Assembly (NCBI GenBank): GCA_963718665.1
Contig: OY970359.1
Span: 1,504,001 to 1,568,000, forward strand
Direction of reading: 5' to 3'
Length of the DNA stretch: 64,000 nucleotides
From: an uncultured Phycisphaerales bacterium
Lineage (GTDB): Bacteria > Planctomycetota > Phycisphaerae > Sedimentisphaerales > Anaerobacaceae
Shown here: positions 30,501 through 40,236 of the stretch, in pieces
Layout: each line of letters opens with the position of its first letter
How positions within the stretch are numbered: position 1 is the stretch's first letter
Made by a program: the position numbers and the translations under genes
The notes under the pieces: model-generated
The model's input: only the letters and a program-made list of their open reading frames with translations
What the model was told of the DNA's origin: nothing
The model's database searches: none

Positions 30501-30808
30501 ATCCGAATGCGGCTGCCGCTGGACCTTTAACTGAAGCGCCTGGCGCAATCCATATCGGCACACGCGGCACCAACTGGGCCATGTGGTCGGGTAAGCTTCA
30601 GGACTTCCAGATTTATGACTATGCCCTGTCAACTCAGGAAATAGAGTATCTTGCAACTGACGGCACCGGTCAACTATTGCTACCGATTACCACCCAAGCC
30701 AATCTCTACCTGGATGGCGGTACAGCAGGAGACGCAAATCAGATTGTCAACTTTGAAGATTTTTCTGTAATGGGAAGTCAGTGGCACCAGACACAACTGT
30801 GGCCGTAG
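27563..30808 (+). CDS. Large secreted multidomain protein (YYWRVD Ig/FN3-like repeats, CBM-like domain, LamG-like domain, dockerin-like motifs)
   Basis: GAGGAGG RBS, signal peptide, HDVYFGT/YYWRVD/GPIWHFTT repeats, KLYLNG...GKLQDFQIYDYALS. Confidence 0.85.
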   Translation: MSTTRLICLITIFVSLLTISNFSSVFAGNCGDGGFDWCETVVWHDGVDQNWCDTGGWVPNNGEPGGAIPPDGNTPVVIEPYPGPIINIGCDATCCALWVCDWSWSGAPDTAVELRGGSLNAGEYICLASNGTDFTYGDSNSVGSAGLTVLGGTVTTPTSVTGNGLYIGGGSTTYQLMNKGVVTMYGGLISVPRVALYHGNIALYGGTLQCIGDNNFIFYQDYPENKIDISGGTLQLHGDYTITTPSLANFIANGWIYSSRGTIGTAAFDGTWTTLTSSNVNMLIPWGPTPANHATNVHYRVNDVNVGITLHWHSGSEPNVINHDVYFGTSTADVNIATPASAQFVGETNEANAADTNTNGDSNNLTVSNYNFKIATIYYWRVDDNAITSNIYDGSGNVIGYNTTLTKGPIWHFTTHDGKAYNPNPYNGRVGLTEPLQLSWTPGDFAASHLVFVGTDSATVYSASSTTAKVYRSTQTGTSYSLTGLATNWYGPLVPGTTYWWKVTEVNGTTQWGSTGLSGVTAPVLWTFTPAAYITIDDFEDYNTTADVNANWMMGYAATCPGSPLITPSGTLTYVLDAAGKHGNFTYSENTSTQQFSEVKRYYGSSGTVFSDSSILSEQPTELRVDYLGAAANAADPVYDVMYVALEDSAGNIGVFNNPDTSASQVTSWTQWYIPLKDIYLASQPNAVNLAAVSAFYLGFGQRCLLPGSQDSGGDGNVMFDNIQLLRGCDWPGGALSEDFDGDCYVDINDLSIFAESWLQKAELRTFTTILAPSAPILWYKFNDSGDTTDVIDYGTGDANNYAGTVANWTSLCWDATDGRAGHPGCLYIPPIPTTGGGPANSQSYVNAPPSAMGFLGDGNHRTNGGGVTVSLWENASLVGDFLVQYPGIWGVWNTANTTETVECPCPSQITRTSATGQAGFYLRTCSIRNAFVAASVYEPILNFGGRWNNWIYVKTPSSMKLYLNGEKVAETDANGQPGDPNAAAAGPLTEAPGAIHIGTRGTNWAMWSGKLQDFQIYDYALSTQEIEYLATDGTGQLLLPITTQANLYLDGGTAGDANQIVNFEDFSVMGSQWHQTQLWP

Positions 30809-30894
30809 CAAACGCAGCTTGATAATTAGTTACAGTTTTCTTCGGGATTTGCAATGACGAGTGGGGGGGCAGCCATGCGTTTTTTTGCTCAAAT

Positions 30895-30924
30895 AAAAAA
30901 GCCGGAGTTATTCACTCCGGCTAT
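30895..30924. terminator. Terminator hairpin between convergent genes
   Basis: AAAAAAGCCGGAGT-loop-ACTCCGGCT. Confidence 0.65.
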
Positions 30925-31185
30925 TGTAAGACAGTGGTTAAAATATTACACAGTTATTTAGATTTCCGCTGCCCTACAGAAACCAAAACCTTAATTGGAA
31001 GAAAAGAACTATTAACTTTTCACTATTCATTATACACCTTTAGGCCGGTTTATTGCAATAGATTCTGGCTAATTTTGTTAAATTTTTATATACCCTAAGT
31101 GCTTGCTGGCAAGGACGTTACGGCTGTTGATTTTACGCCGCGAAAAAAATCGATTTTACCGTAGATTTGCGATTCCGGTTCCGTG

Positions 31186-34100
31186 CTATATACGAGCTTC
31201 AGCAGTTTTAGTGTAATTGCCGAAAGCCAGGTTGAAATCCACTGTTCCCCATTGCGATTCGATTTGGGTCTGCTTTATCTCAACGGTAAAAGCGCACTTC
31301 GCGAAGTCGAAATCGGCATTAATGACTGAACCGTCCGTGGCGAGGTATTTGCCTTTCCATCGGTTAGCTTTTACCTGCGTGAACCGGTTGCCCGGAATCG
31401 TGAACGTTTGTTCGCCCCAGGTTATGGTCAGGCCGGCTGTTACGGAGGAGCCGTCCGCCACGGTCAAGGCGCCTTTAACGGAAAGCTCGCTGCTGGCGGG
31501 TTTGGAGGTAATCTTGAGATGGTATTTTGCAATCGACAGTGTATTGGCGTATCCGCTTAACAGTCGGACAGGGATTTTTTGTTTGCCGTTGACAATGCTC
31601 TCGCCGGCGATACCCATGCCGGAATAAGTTCCTATGTCGATGAGGACATATAATGGGCAGGCAAGACCGGTGAGATTTACATTTGTGGCCTTGAGGTCAA
31701 ACTTGTTTTTGCCCACGTCGAATTTGAGCAGAGTTATGCCGCCCGGCCAGCCAGACGTTATCTTGTATTTGTAAGTATAAGTGTTTTTGGAATTAACGAA
31801 CAAACCCGCGCTTATGGTTTGCTCATAGACGAGATAATCATCGGCCTGGGAATATATCCGCACGGTGATATTACCGGCGGCGGCGATAATATTGGCGGCA
31901 GTGTTAAAGTCGCCGGAGCAGGATATTGAATCGAGTCCCCGAATTTTGCCTGCCTTGACGCTGCATTTTTTAATCGTAAAGTTATGGATTGTGCTGTCGG
32001 TTATGACTAATTTGCAGCTGTTAGATTTGCCGTTAAAGGTTGCTGTTACCGTGCATTGCTGGTAGTTGTTGACGTCGGCGGCGGTAATTAGTCCGTTGGC
32101 GTCTATTGTCGCGTAGTTCGAGTCCACAGTCCAGGTTGCCTGTCCTGTTGTTAAATTTTTCGTGCTGCCGTCGTCATAATGGGCGATGCAGGTGAATTGT
32201 GCGGTAGCTCCCTCCGCTAAATTATCAGGCCCGGCAACCTCGACGGATTCGACAATCAGCTCACAGGGCTTGTAATCTGAAACGTCTGACTCCAAAAAGT
32301 CGGTAGGGATTCCTGTGCCTTCAGAAATGCCGACCAAGCCTGCCTGTGAGGCGACGGACAGCCAGGACAGACGAATCCGACCATCGTAAAACATCTCGAC
32401 CTGGAAGGTATTTGAATTATTGACGTTGTATTCCGGAACACCCTGCCAGGTAACAACAGTGCGGTCGTCAAGCTCCTTGTATCGCACGAGGCCGGCGACG
32501 GAAGGGTCAAAGTCGTGGAACAGAGCCGAGATGCGTTTGGCCGCGAAGTGGTTGGATAAGCTCTCGATATAATCGGTATCGGCGGCGTCGAAGGTGATAT
32601 GGCCGTTGGCGTTCACATAAAAGGTATTGTAGCTTTCGCCGTAAATTTTAATGCTGTGACCGGTAAGTGTAACGGCCTGTGAACCATCGTCGCCCACGGT
32701 AAGATTTGTGCTGCCGGCGGGGTTAACGGGAAGTTCGGTGATTTTTTTTAAACAGGCCGAATACCGCGACGACGATTCATCCGGTGTAAGAAGCAATGAT
32801 TTGTCTGAAAGGTCGAATTTGTCTGAGGTGCTGCTGAATAATTGCGTGAAATAATCGGTCCGTGTATCGCTGATTGCGAAGTTGACATCGCTTTCGGCGG
32901 TGTTTACGCCGTCGCTAATCCATATTCTGTAATCCGAACCGACGGGTACTGTGCTTAGTATGTTCCAGGAAAATTCGCCGGTGTTGGAGACGCCGCTTGC
33001 CAATTGCAGATATTCAGCTCCTGCCTTGAGCAGATAAATGTCAACGGTATTTGAGCCGCCGATAGACATCCACGTAATGGTCCAGTCGAATCCCTGAACC
33101 AGGGTTTTGTTGGTATTGGGAGCTATTACCGTCAATGACGGCGAAGCCGTAAGAGCGTTGTAGGCGTTAAGCCGTCTTCCTGTAATTGTCTTGTCGGTCA
33201 GCGAATCAACGGGGTCGCCCGTCCAGATAAGCCGGGCCTTCAGTTCAGACAAGCTCATCGACGGGTTGTATGCCAGCAGCAATGCGGCTACTCCCGCCAC
33301 GTGCGGTGTTGCCATTGAGGTACCGCTGTAGTAAGCATACTCGTTGTTGAGAACCGTGCTGAGGATGCTGACTCCCGGTGCGCCGAGGTGGACGCTGTTC
33401 CGGCCATAATTTGAAAACCAGGCCAATTCGTCGTTGCAATCGGTTGCGGCGACCGCGATTACGTTTGAGATATCATAGCCGGATGGGTAGTGAGCAGAAG
33501 AATCGCAATCGGCGGAATCGTTGCCTGCGGCGGCGACAAAAAGCACGCCGTTATTTTTGGCGTTGGTTATCGCCACGGCAAGCGCAGCGGAGTATTCGCC
33601 TCCGCCCCAGCTATTGCTAAGGATATTTGCGCCGTTGGCGACCGCGTAATTTATGGCTTCTATGGCGTCTCCGACGCTGCCTGAGCCGTTTTCGTCGAGG
33701 AACCTGCACGCCATCAGTTTGCACCGCCAGTTGACTCCTGTTACACCGACGCCGTTATTGCCGCAACCTGCGATTGTGCCTGCGCAATGTGTTCCGTGGC
33801 CGTTTTTATCGATTACGTTGCCGTCGCCATCGACAAAATTATAGCCATGAACGTCGTCTATGTACCCGTTATGGTCATCATCACGACCGTTGCCTGCTAT
33901 TTCATCCGGGTTGGTCCATATATTCGCGGCGATGTCGGGATGCCTGTAATCGATACCCGTATCGATTACCGCTACTACGACATCGTCCGAGCCGGTGGTT
34001 ATGTCCCATGCTGAGACGGCGTCGATGTCGGCGTTTGCGATACCGCCTGTCTGGCCTGTATTTCTCATCGCCCAGAGCTGCGTAAAATACGTGTCATTGG

Positions 34101-34608
34101 GAACACCCAAAGCCCGCACCCTGTAGTTTGGTTCCACGCGGACAATACGGGGGTCTTTTTTAGTTTTTTGCTCTGCGATTGCCTGTTTGACGGATTTACC
34201 CTTGGACAGTTTTACGCGAAGCACCTGATTTTTGATTGTCTTCGACGGTCCGGTGAGGAGTTTGGTTTTTCGCGAGGGCACAAACGACATTCTCTTTTTC
34301 ACAATTCCGCCGACCATTGCGCCAACTTCTGCGTTATCTGCATTTGCATCGTTGGCCAAGATTACCAGAACTTCATCGGGGACGTATTCTTGTTTGTCGT
34401 CAGGCGTCGCAAAAGTTGCGATGTCGGCGTATTCGCCGGCATTGGCGGTTTGCAGGACCTGCCCGCCGGCAATAGCCCAAAATGCCAGCATTGCCGCAAT
34501 CAAAAATAGATGATTGGTATTGTGGGCGGGGTAAATATCTAACGATAAATTGCGTTTGCCTTTAATAAGGCATACCCATAGTGCGGGAAAACGCAAAAAA
34601 GCTGCCAT
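31186..34608 (-). CDS. Secreted S8 subtilase with C-terminal accessory domains
   Basis: Catalytic triad VAVIDTG, HGTHCAG, SGTSMATPHVAG; AAAGN. Confidence 0.93.
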   Translation of the reverse strand: MAAFLRFPALWVCLIKGKRNLSLDIYPAHNTNHLFLIAAMLAFWAIAGGQVLQTANAGEYADIATFATPDDKQEYVPDEVLVILANDANADNAEVGAMVGGIVKKRMSFVPSRKTKLLTGPSKTIKNQVLRVKLSKGKSVKQAIAEQKTKKDPRIVRVEPNYRVRALGVPNDTYFTQLWAMRNTGQTGGIANADIDAVSAWDITTGSDDVVVAVIDTGIDYRHPDIAANIWTNPDEIAGNGRDDDHNGYIDDVHGYNFVDGDGNVIDKNGHGTHCAGTIAGCGNNGVGVTGVNWRCKLMACRFLDENGSGSVGDAIEAINYAVANGANILSNSWGGGEYSAALAVAITNAKNNGVLFVAAAGNDSADCDSSAHYPSGYDISNVIAVAATDCNDELAWFSNYGRNSVHLGAPGVSILSTVLNNEYAYYSGTSMATPHVAGVAALLLAYNPSMSLSELKARLIWTGDPVDSLTDKTITGRRLNAYNALTASPSLTVIAPNTNKTLVQGFDWTITWMSIGGSNTVDIYLLKAGAEYLQLASGVSNTGEFSWNILSTVPVGSDYRIWISDGVNTAESDVNFAISDTRTDYFTQLFSSTSDKFDLSDKSLLLTPDESSSRYSACLKKITELPVNPAGSTNLTVGDDGSQAVTLTGHSIKIYGESYNTFYVNANGHITFDAADTDYIESLSNHFAAKRISALFHDFDPSVAGLVRYKELDDRTVVTWQGVPEYNVNNSNTFQVEMFYDGRIRLSWLSVASQAGLVGISEGTGIPTDFLESDVSDYKPCELIVESVEVAGPDNLAEGATAQFTCIAHYDDGSTKNLTTGQATWTVDSNYATIDANGLITAADVNNYQQCTVTATFNGKSNSCKLVITDSTIHNFTIKKCSVKAGKIRGLDSISCSGDFNTAANIIAAAGNITVRIYSQADDYLVYEQTISAGLFVNSKNTYTYKYKITSGWPGGITLLKFDVGKNKFDLKATNVNLTGLACPLYVLIDIGTYSGMGIAGESIVNGKQKIPVRLLSGYANTLSIAKYHLKITSKPASSELSVKGALTVADGSSVTAGLTITWGEQTFTIPGNRFTQVKANRWKGKYLATDGSVINADFDFAKCAFTVEIKQTQIESQWGTVDFNLAFGNYTKTAEARI

Positions 34609-34797
34609 GATAATTTCCTCCCTTGTTACAAAATGTAGGGCAGACCAACAGAAAACCCTCTCTCTGAATAAAATTATGGAAAATGGCAGACCGGAAACCA
34701 AAGGATGACTGTTAATTTAAGATGGGTTTCTCAAAAATGCAGACAGGAGGCGTTTTTTATGAGACCAGGAGAAGATATTGTGGCTTATGCTGCCGGT

Positions 34798-35943
34798 TCA
34801 GGGCAGCATTGATGCGGCGATTTGGGCGACGGCATTGCCCGCTTTTTTGGAGGTCAACGGCCCGACGAGCGCAAGCAGGTCGGAATTGGTTTGCGCCAGC
34901 CGGGTTTGGTCTTCGAGCAGGTTTCGAATTGTTTCGGTAATCGGCTCAATCGAACGGAAATAAGGCATATACTCCGGCACAAGCTCGCGGCCTGCGAGGA
35001 TATTGACCAGCGACAGGTATTTAGTGGTAACTAACCATCGGCCGACGAGATGCCACAGCATCGGGCTGGTCTGATACATAATCACCATCGGACATCCCGC
35101 GGAAGCCACCTGCAAAGTTGCGCTGCCGCTTGCGACGAGAGCGAAATCGGAATTTTTTGTCGTCTGATATACGGAGTCAATCGAGTAATCGGTTCGAAAT
35201 CCCATAAGACGGGTCGAATCCAGTGCGCCCCTGGTTGCCTCATCGACGGCCACTGTCGTAAAAGTCGCGTTGGGGTATTTTTTTCGCAGTGCAATCGCGA
35301 TTTGTTGCATCGGTCGCCAAAGTGTTCCGACTTCGGCGGTTCTTGAGCCGGGGACAATTGCTATTTTGGCGTTGGCGGGATTGAAGTTGCGGTAGTCACG
35401 CTTGGCCCTGTTCAAATCCGACTGGGTCAGCTCATCGAGCAGGGGGTTGCCGACGAATTCCGCGGGGACACCCCGAGTTGTGAACCATTCCTGCTCGAAA
35501 GGCAAAAGACAACATAGTTTGTCGCAGCATTTTCGAAGTTTGCGGATTCGCCAGGGAGCCCAGGCCCAGAGTTGCGGCGCGACGTAAAATAGCGTTTTTA
35601 TTCCTGATTTTTTGGCGGCCTTTGCGATATGAAAGTTGAAAGCGGGCGAATCACATACAATGACGAGATTCGGCCTTTTGGCTGCCAGGAAATTCGCTGT
35701 TTGTTTTATAAGCCGGTAGTAGTGAGAGACGTGCGCGAAGGCGTTGTAAGTCATCGCTGCCCGGCCGACGGTGTCTTCGATTAGTGTGCAGCCGGCCTGG
35801 GCCATTTTGGGGCCGCCTATGCCGACAAATACCAAATCCCGATTTGCCTGTCGCATAATGCGTATCAGGGCTGCGCAATGTCTGTCGGCGCTTGGTTCGG
35901 CAGCGCTGATAAAAATCGTCTGTTTGCTGTCCTGGCCGGTCAT
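34798..35943 (-). CDS. lpxB: Lipid-A-disaccharide synthase
   Basis: SAAEPSAD, GIGGPKM, DSPAFN, YVAPQLWAW, LLPFE, FVGNPL, PGSR, ASGSATL. Confidence 0.95.
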   Translation of the reverse strand: MTGQDSKQTIFISAAEPSADRHCAALIRIMRQANRDLVFVGIGGPKMAQAGCTLIEDTVGRAAMTYNAFAHVSHYYRLIKQTANFLAAKRPNLVIVCDSPAFNFHIAKAAKKSGIKTLFYVAPQLWAWAPWRIRKLRKCCDKLCCLLPFEQEWFTTRGVPAEFVGNPLLDELTQSDLNRAKRDYRNFNPANAKIAIVPGSRTAEVGTLWRPMQQIAIALRKKYPNATFTTVAVDEATRGALDSTRLMGFRTDYSIDSVYQTTKNSDFALVASGSATLQVASAGCPMVIMYQTSPMLWHLVGRWLVTTKYLSLVNILAGRELVPEYMPYFRSIEPITETIRNLLEDQTRLAQTNSDLLALVGPLTSKKAGNAVAQIAASMLP

Positions 35944-35949
35944 AACTGC

Positions 35950-36876
35950 CTATGTTGGCTGAACGCTGAAAACGTCAAATTGTGTCCCGAACTGGCGAAG
36001 GTAAAAGAGCGAATACGCCCGTTTGAAAGCGAAAAGAGGCAGCAGAATCACTGTCCCCACATACGGCAAAGCGAAAAGCACGAGAAGGCAGCAGCAACAA
36101 CAGCAGGTGACTAAGCAAATGGTCAAAGCGATAAATGCTATGGCCAAACATATCACAATCTGAAACAGGATATACAGAAGCATTTGTGCTTTGTTGCCGC
36201 TAATGAGCGCGAGACATTGTTTCCAGCCGGCGACGCAACTGTCGGTGTTCAAAAACATAATCGGCACGACGAAATCAGTGGTGAATTTGGCGATTAAGCC
36301 AAATAAAATCGCGACAACAACAGTAACAAAAATGGCTCCGGTCAAACCAATTATAGCCGCCGGATTAAAACCCGTTGCGCACATAACAAAACCGGCGAAG
36401 ACGGAGGCCGCAACCGGAATTCCTATTATCAGGAATCCAATAAACCCAAGTACGATGCGGAACAGGAATAGCGAATTGCCGTGTCGGGAGAACTTGTTCC
36501 ATGGAACGGCGGCTTCGGCTTTATTGCCCGCAACGCAGTGGACGAACATAAACTGGCCTCTGCTTCGAAGCCAGCAAAGAACCACCGCTATAATTATAAT
36601 TATCGGGACGACTATCGCGGCAACGAAAATTATAACTACCAGATGAGCGAGTATGCCGTCTTTTATTGCGTGAAAGATGGGCTCGTGACCATCCGCTCGC
36701 CATCCGTTGCCCCCGCCGCCGCCACCGCCTTGGCCGAGTTGTGCCAACCAGGCGCAAAAACCAATTGTCAGCCATTTTGACAAATCAAACGGTTTGAAAA
36801 GCATCAGCCGGACGTGCTCAATAGCCGGGCCGATGGGGTCGATTACGCTGACGCGTTGTGGATTTTCTAATCCCAT
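35950..36876 (-). CDS. Hypothetical integral membrane protein with poly-Gly and poly-Cys tracts
   Basis: Multi-TM ORF co-oriented with lpxB. Confidence 0.75.
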   Translation of the reverse strand: MGLENPQRVSVIDPIGPAIEHVRLMLFKPFDLSKWLTIGFCAWLAQLGQGGGGGGGNGWRADGHEPIFHAIKDGILAHLVVIIFVAAIVVPIIIIIAVVLCWLRSRGQFMFVHCVAGNKAEAAVPWNKFSRHGNSLFLFRIVLGFIGFLIIGIPVAASVFAGFVMCATGFNPAAIIGLTGAIFVTVVVAILFGLIAKFTTDFVVPIMFLNTDSCVAGWKQCLALISGNKAQMLLYILFQIVICLAIAFIALTICLVTCCCCCCLLVLFALPYVGTVILLPLFAFKRAYSLFYLRQFGTQFDVFSVQPT

Positions 36877-36912
36877 AGGATAACTCCTTTAACTATTTTT
36901 TAAGAGACGGAG

Positions 36913-37188
36913 TTAGGTTGCCTGTGTCTTGGCGGCATCTTTCAGCCGGCGAAGCTCTTTGCGTACGGGCCAGTCGCCCAGCGCAAGAACAAACGGCAGA
37001 ATTATGTTGGCAATCGGCACCAAGGTCAGCAATCCCCACGCCCACCCATAACCCGCCTTGTGGAAAATCATGCAGTTAATCCAGGTTTTTACCAGGAGCA
37101 CAACAAGGGAAAGAAGCAGCGCCAGTGCCACAAAGGTAATAACAAAAAAAGGCAACACATCGTTAGGGTTCATATTGGTGCAGTGCAT
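36913..37188 (-). CDS. Small membrane protein
   Basis: IFHKAGYGWAWGLLTLVPIANI...LALGDWP; RBS AAGGAG. Confidence 0.75.
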   Translation of the reverse strand: MHCTNMNPNDVLPFFVITFVALALLLSLVVLLVKTWINCMIFHKAGYGWAWGLLTLVPIANIILPFVLALGDWPVRKELRRLKDAAKTQAT

Positions 37189-37281
37189 ATCTTCTCCTTT
37201 CAATAAATTTTGATAAAGGATATACTTTCGACAATGAGTTTACCCGTTTCGTGGTTGTTTGGAAAGACCTGAGAAAATAAA

Positions 37282-37989
37282 ATGCGAGATGTAAAAACCG
37301 AGACAAAAAAGAAGTTCTCATACCGGAGGACGATGATACGCTCCTTTATCAGTATTATTGCGATGGGGGTCGCAATCTTCGCATTGGCGGGCCGGCTGGA
37401 TTACTGGCAGGGCTGGCTTTTCTTTTCGATTTTCCTGATTTTTATGATAGCAGCCAGCGTTTTTTTCGTCAAAAAACCGGACCTTATACAGGAACGCATC
37501 AGGCCCGGTCCCGGCGTCAAGTGGTGGGACAAAATCTTTTTAGCTGTTCATATTCCCTTGTATTTTTCCGTTAGTTTGCTTGCTGCCCTCGATGCGGGCC
37601 GGTTTCACTGGTCTCCCCAGTTACCCATTTTCCTGTATCCGGTGATGTTTGTTTTGATTCTGATCGGCTCTTGTATTATCTGTTGGGCGATGTGGACAAA
37701 TAACTTTTTTTCCAGCGGGGTCCGCATCCAGACCGACCGAGGCCATTATGTCGTTACCGAAGGGCCATACCGTTACGTTCGTCATCCCGGCTACGTCGGG
37801 GCAATTATTTTCACGCCTGCTTCGGCGCTGCTTCTCGGCTCAATTTATGCTCTTATTCCGGTAGCGATAGATATCTTCCTTCTTATCATTCGCACATACC
37901 TTGAAGACCTGACCCTTCAAAAAGAGCTTCCCGGCTATGCCGACTACACAAAACAAGTCCGCTTCCGCCTCATACCCTGTATCTGGTAA
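37282..37989 (+). CDS. Isoprenylcysteine carboxylmethyltransferase (PEMT/Ste14) family protein
   Basis: VVTEGPYRYVRHPGY, ED..L..ELPGY..Y...VR.RLIP. Confidence 0.9.
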   Translation: MRDVKTETKKKFSYRRTMIRSFISIIAMGVAIFALAGRLDYWQGWLFFSIFLIFMIAASVFFVKKPDLIQERIRPGPGVKWWDKIFLAVHIPLYFSVSLLAALDAGRFHWSPQLPIFLYPVMFVLILIGSCIICWAMWTNNFFSSGVRIQTDRGHYVVTEGPYRYVRHPGYVGAIIFTPASALLLGSIYALIPVAIDIFLLIIRTYLEDLTLQKELPGYADYTKQVRFRLIPCIW

Positions 37990-38163
37990 TTTCGATTTAG
38001 TGGTTACAACACCGGCTGCGCAAGAAAGGTGTTATTAGACAGTGCTTTGGTGGTTCAGTTGATAAAACAGGACATCGTTTTGTTAGTCGTAGCCCTTGCC
38101 AATGGCGTTAAAAACAGCTATCATTAGCGGATAGCATATAGGGAATAACAAGAGGTTAGCGAA

Positions 38164-38961
38164 ATGAAACCAAGACTGATAATTTGCGGCGCTGCGGGTC
38201 GAATGGGCAGACGTATTGTGGCCCTGGCGGCTGAGGAAGGCGTGTTTGAAATCGCGGGAGCGGTTGAAAAAGCGGGCCATCCCGACTTAGGCAAAGACGC
38301 GGGCGTTCTGGCGGGAATGCCGCAACTGAATGTTAAGGTGGCGGATGGTTTCCCCGCAAAGGCAAATGTTGTAATTGATTTTTCACTGCCTGAGGCGGCG
38401 GACAAGTCGATTGATTATTGTTCGGGCAATAAAACAGGTTTGGTCCTGGGCACAACGGGCCTGAGCGACAGCCAGCGAAAGAAAATTGAAATCGCGTCCT
38501 CGAAAATACCGATTGTCTGCGCAACCAATATGAGCGTGGGGATGAATACCTTGTTTGCCCTTGTCGGTAAAGTGGCGTCGATGTTAGGGCCTGACTACGA
38601 TATCGAAATTGTCGAGCAGCACCATCGTTTCAAAAAAGACGCGCCAAGCGGCTCGGCCTTGACGCTTGCGGAAAATATCGCCAAGGTAACGGGCAAAAAA
38701 TTTCCCGATTGCCTCACTCACGGCAGGAACGGCAAAGATGCTTTGCGTGATAAAGGCACAATAGGTATGCATGCCGTACGGGCAGGCGATATCGTCGGGA
38801 TTCATTCCGTGATTTTTTCGACCTTAGGCGAGACGGTAACGCTGAATCATACCGCGCACAGCAGGGATACATTTGTCCGCGGGGCGCTTTGCGCGGCGGG
38901 CTGGCTCATAAATAAAAAACCCGGCCTGTATTCAATGGCCGACGTATTAGGATTAAAATAA
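38164..38961 (+). CDS. dapB: 4-hydroxy-tetrahydrodipicolinate reductase
   Basis: GAAGRMG, VIDFS, GTTG, NMSVG, EQHHRFKKDAPSG. Confidence 0.97.
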   Translation: MKPRLIICGAAGRMGRRIVALAAEEGVFEIAGAVEKAGHPDLGKDAGVLAGMPQLNVKVADGFPAKANVVIDFSLPEAADKSIDYCSGNKTGLVLGTTGLSDSQRKKIEIASSKIPIVCATNMSVGMNTLFALVGKVASMLGPDYDIEIVEQHHRFKKDAPSGSALTLAENIAKVTGKKFPDCLTHGRNGKDALRDKGTIGMHAVRAGDIVGIHSVIFSTLGETVTLNHTAHSRDTFVRGALCAAGWLINKKPGLYSMADVLGLK

Positions 38962-39017
38962 CGAGACGGCAGGGATGCCCCGAAATTTGGTATCAAACAT
39001 AAGAAAGGAAGTGAGAT

Positions 39018-39209
39018 ATGAATATTGTATTTTCATTGATAGCAATAATTGGGGGCGGGCTGTTGTCGCTGATTGCATATAACAAGGTGCAGTTGGATAA
39101 GTTTATAAGCCCCGATGAGGCAGAGAACTGGCACAAGAAATTCGGCAAGATAGCCAAGATTTTAGGCCCTATAGTGGTTGTCATCGGGATATGGTTTCTG
39201 CTGTTTTAG
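39018..39209 (+). CDS. Small two-TM hypothetical protein
   Basis: AAGGAAG RBS, two hydrophobic helices. Confidence 0.6.
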   Translation: MNIVFSLIAIIGGGLLSLIAYNKVQLDKFISPDEAENWHKKFGKIAKILGPIVVVIGIWFLLF

Positions 39210-39303
39210 TCAACTAACTATTTACCGCTGAGACCGCGGAGAAAAACAAAATTTTCTCAGCGTTCCTTGTGTGTTCTGCCCGGGAAACAGCCACTCGACT
39301 AAT

Positions 39304-40236
39304 ATGTCCCCAGTTGCGATTACAGTCAAAAATGTAAGCAAGAGCTTCGGCAAGGTGAATGCCGTCCGCGACCTGAGTTTCGAGGTCGAGGCCGACACCT
39401 GCTATGGTTTCCTTGGCCCAAACGGCGCGGGCAAGACAACGATGATGAAGATGCTCTATGGCAAATGCACGAGGGGAAAAAACAACTATGGCTCGATAAG
39501 CGTCTTGGGCTATGACCCCGCGAGCAATGAGCTTGCAATCAAATATCTTTCAGGCGTCGTCCCACAGGAGAATAATCTCGATGAAGAGCTTGACGTAATA
39601 AGCAACCTGATGGTTTATTCGCGGTTTTACGCATTGCCGCGCAAGGCCGCCACGAGCAGGATTGATTACCTGCTTGGTTTTATGGAATTGTCGGACAAGC
39701 GAGCCGCAAGAATCAGGGAGCTTTCGGGCGGTATGCAGCGGCGATTAGTCATCGCACGCGCGCTGATGAATAATCCTAAGTTATTGATACTCGATGAGCC
39801 GACAACCGGCCTTGACCCGCAGGTGCGACACCTGATATGGGACAAGCTGCGGCAGCTCAAAAGGCACGGGACAACGATTCTTTTGACGACGCACTATATG
39901 GAAGAGGCGTTTGCGCTTTGCGATACGATTTTGATTATGGATAAAGGGGCGGGCATACTTCGCGGGTCGCCCGCTGAGCTGCTTACGCAAAATGTCGAGA
40001 AACACGTCCTTGAAATTACCGGCAGCCATTCGCTCGAAACTATCGCGGACAGCGCGATGCTGCAAAAGATTCGGATAGACCGCACGCAGGAGACAACACG
40101 GGTGTATTGCGATGACGACCAGCTTCTGCGGCAGATTGCGGGTCGGTTGCAGAACGCACATTACTTTTTGAGACAGACAAACCTCGAAGACGTATTTTTG
40201 AAAGCGACGGGCAGGGCATTGAATGAAAAGCAATAA
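39304..40236 (+). CDS. ABC transporter ATP-binding protein (NodI-like)
   Basis: GPNGAGKT, LSGGM, ILDEPTTGLDPQ, TTHYMEEA. Confidence 0.93.
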   Translation: MSPVAITVKNVSKSFGKVNAVRDLSFEVEADTCYGFLGPNGAGKTTMMKMLYGKCTRGKNNYGSISVLGYDPASNELAIKYLSGVVPQENNLDEELDVISNLMVYSRFYALPRKAATSRIDYLLGFMELSDKRAARIRELSGGMQRRLVIARALMNNPKLLILDEPTTGLDPQVRHLIWDKLRQLKRHGTTILLTTHYMEEAFALCDTILIMDKGAGILRGSPAELLTQNVEKHVLEITGSHSLETIADSAMLQKIRIDRTQETTRVYCDDDQLLRQIAGRLQNAHYFLRQTNLEDVFLKATGRALNEKQ

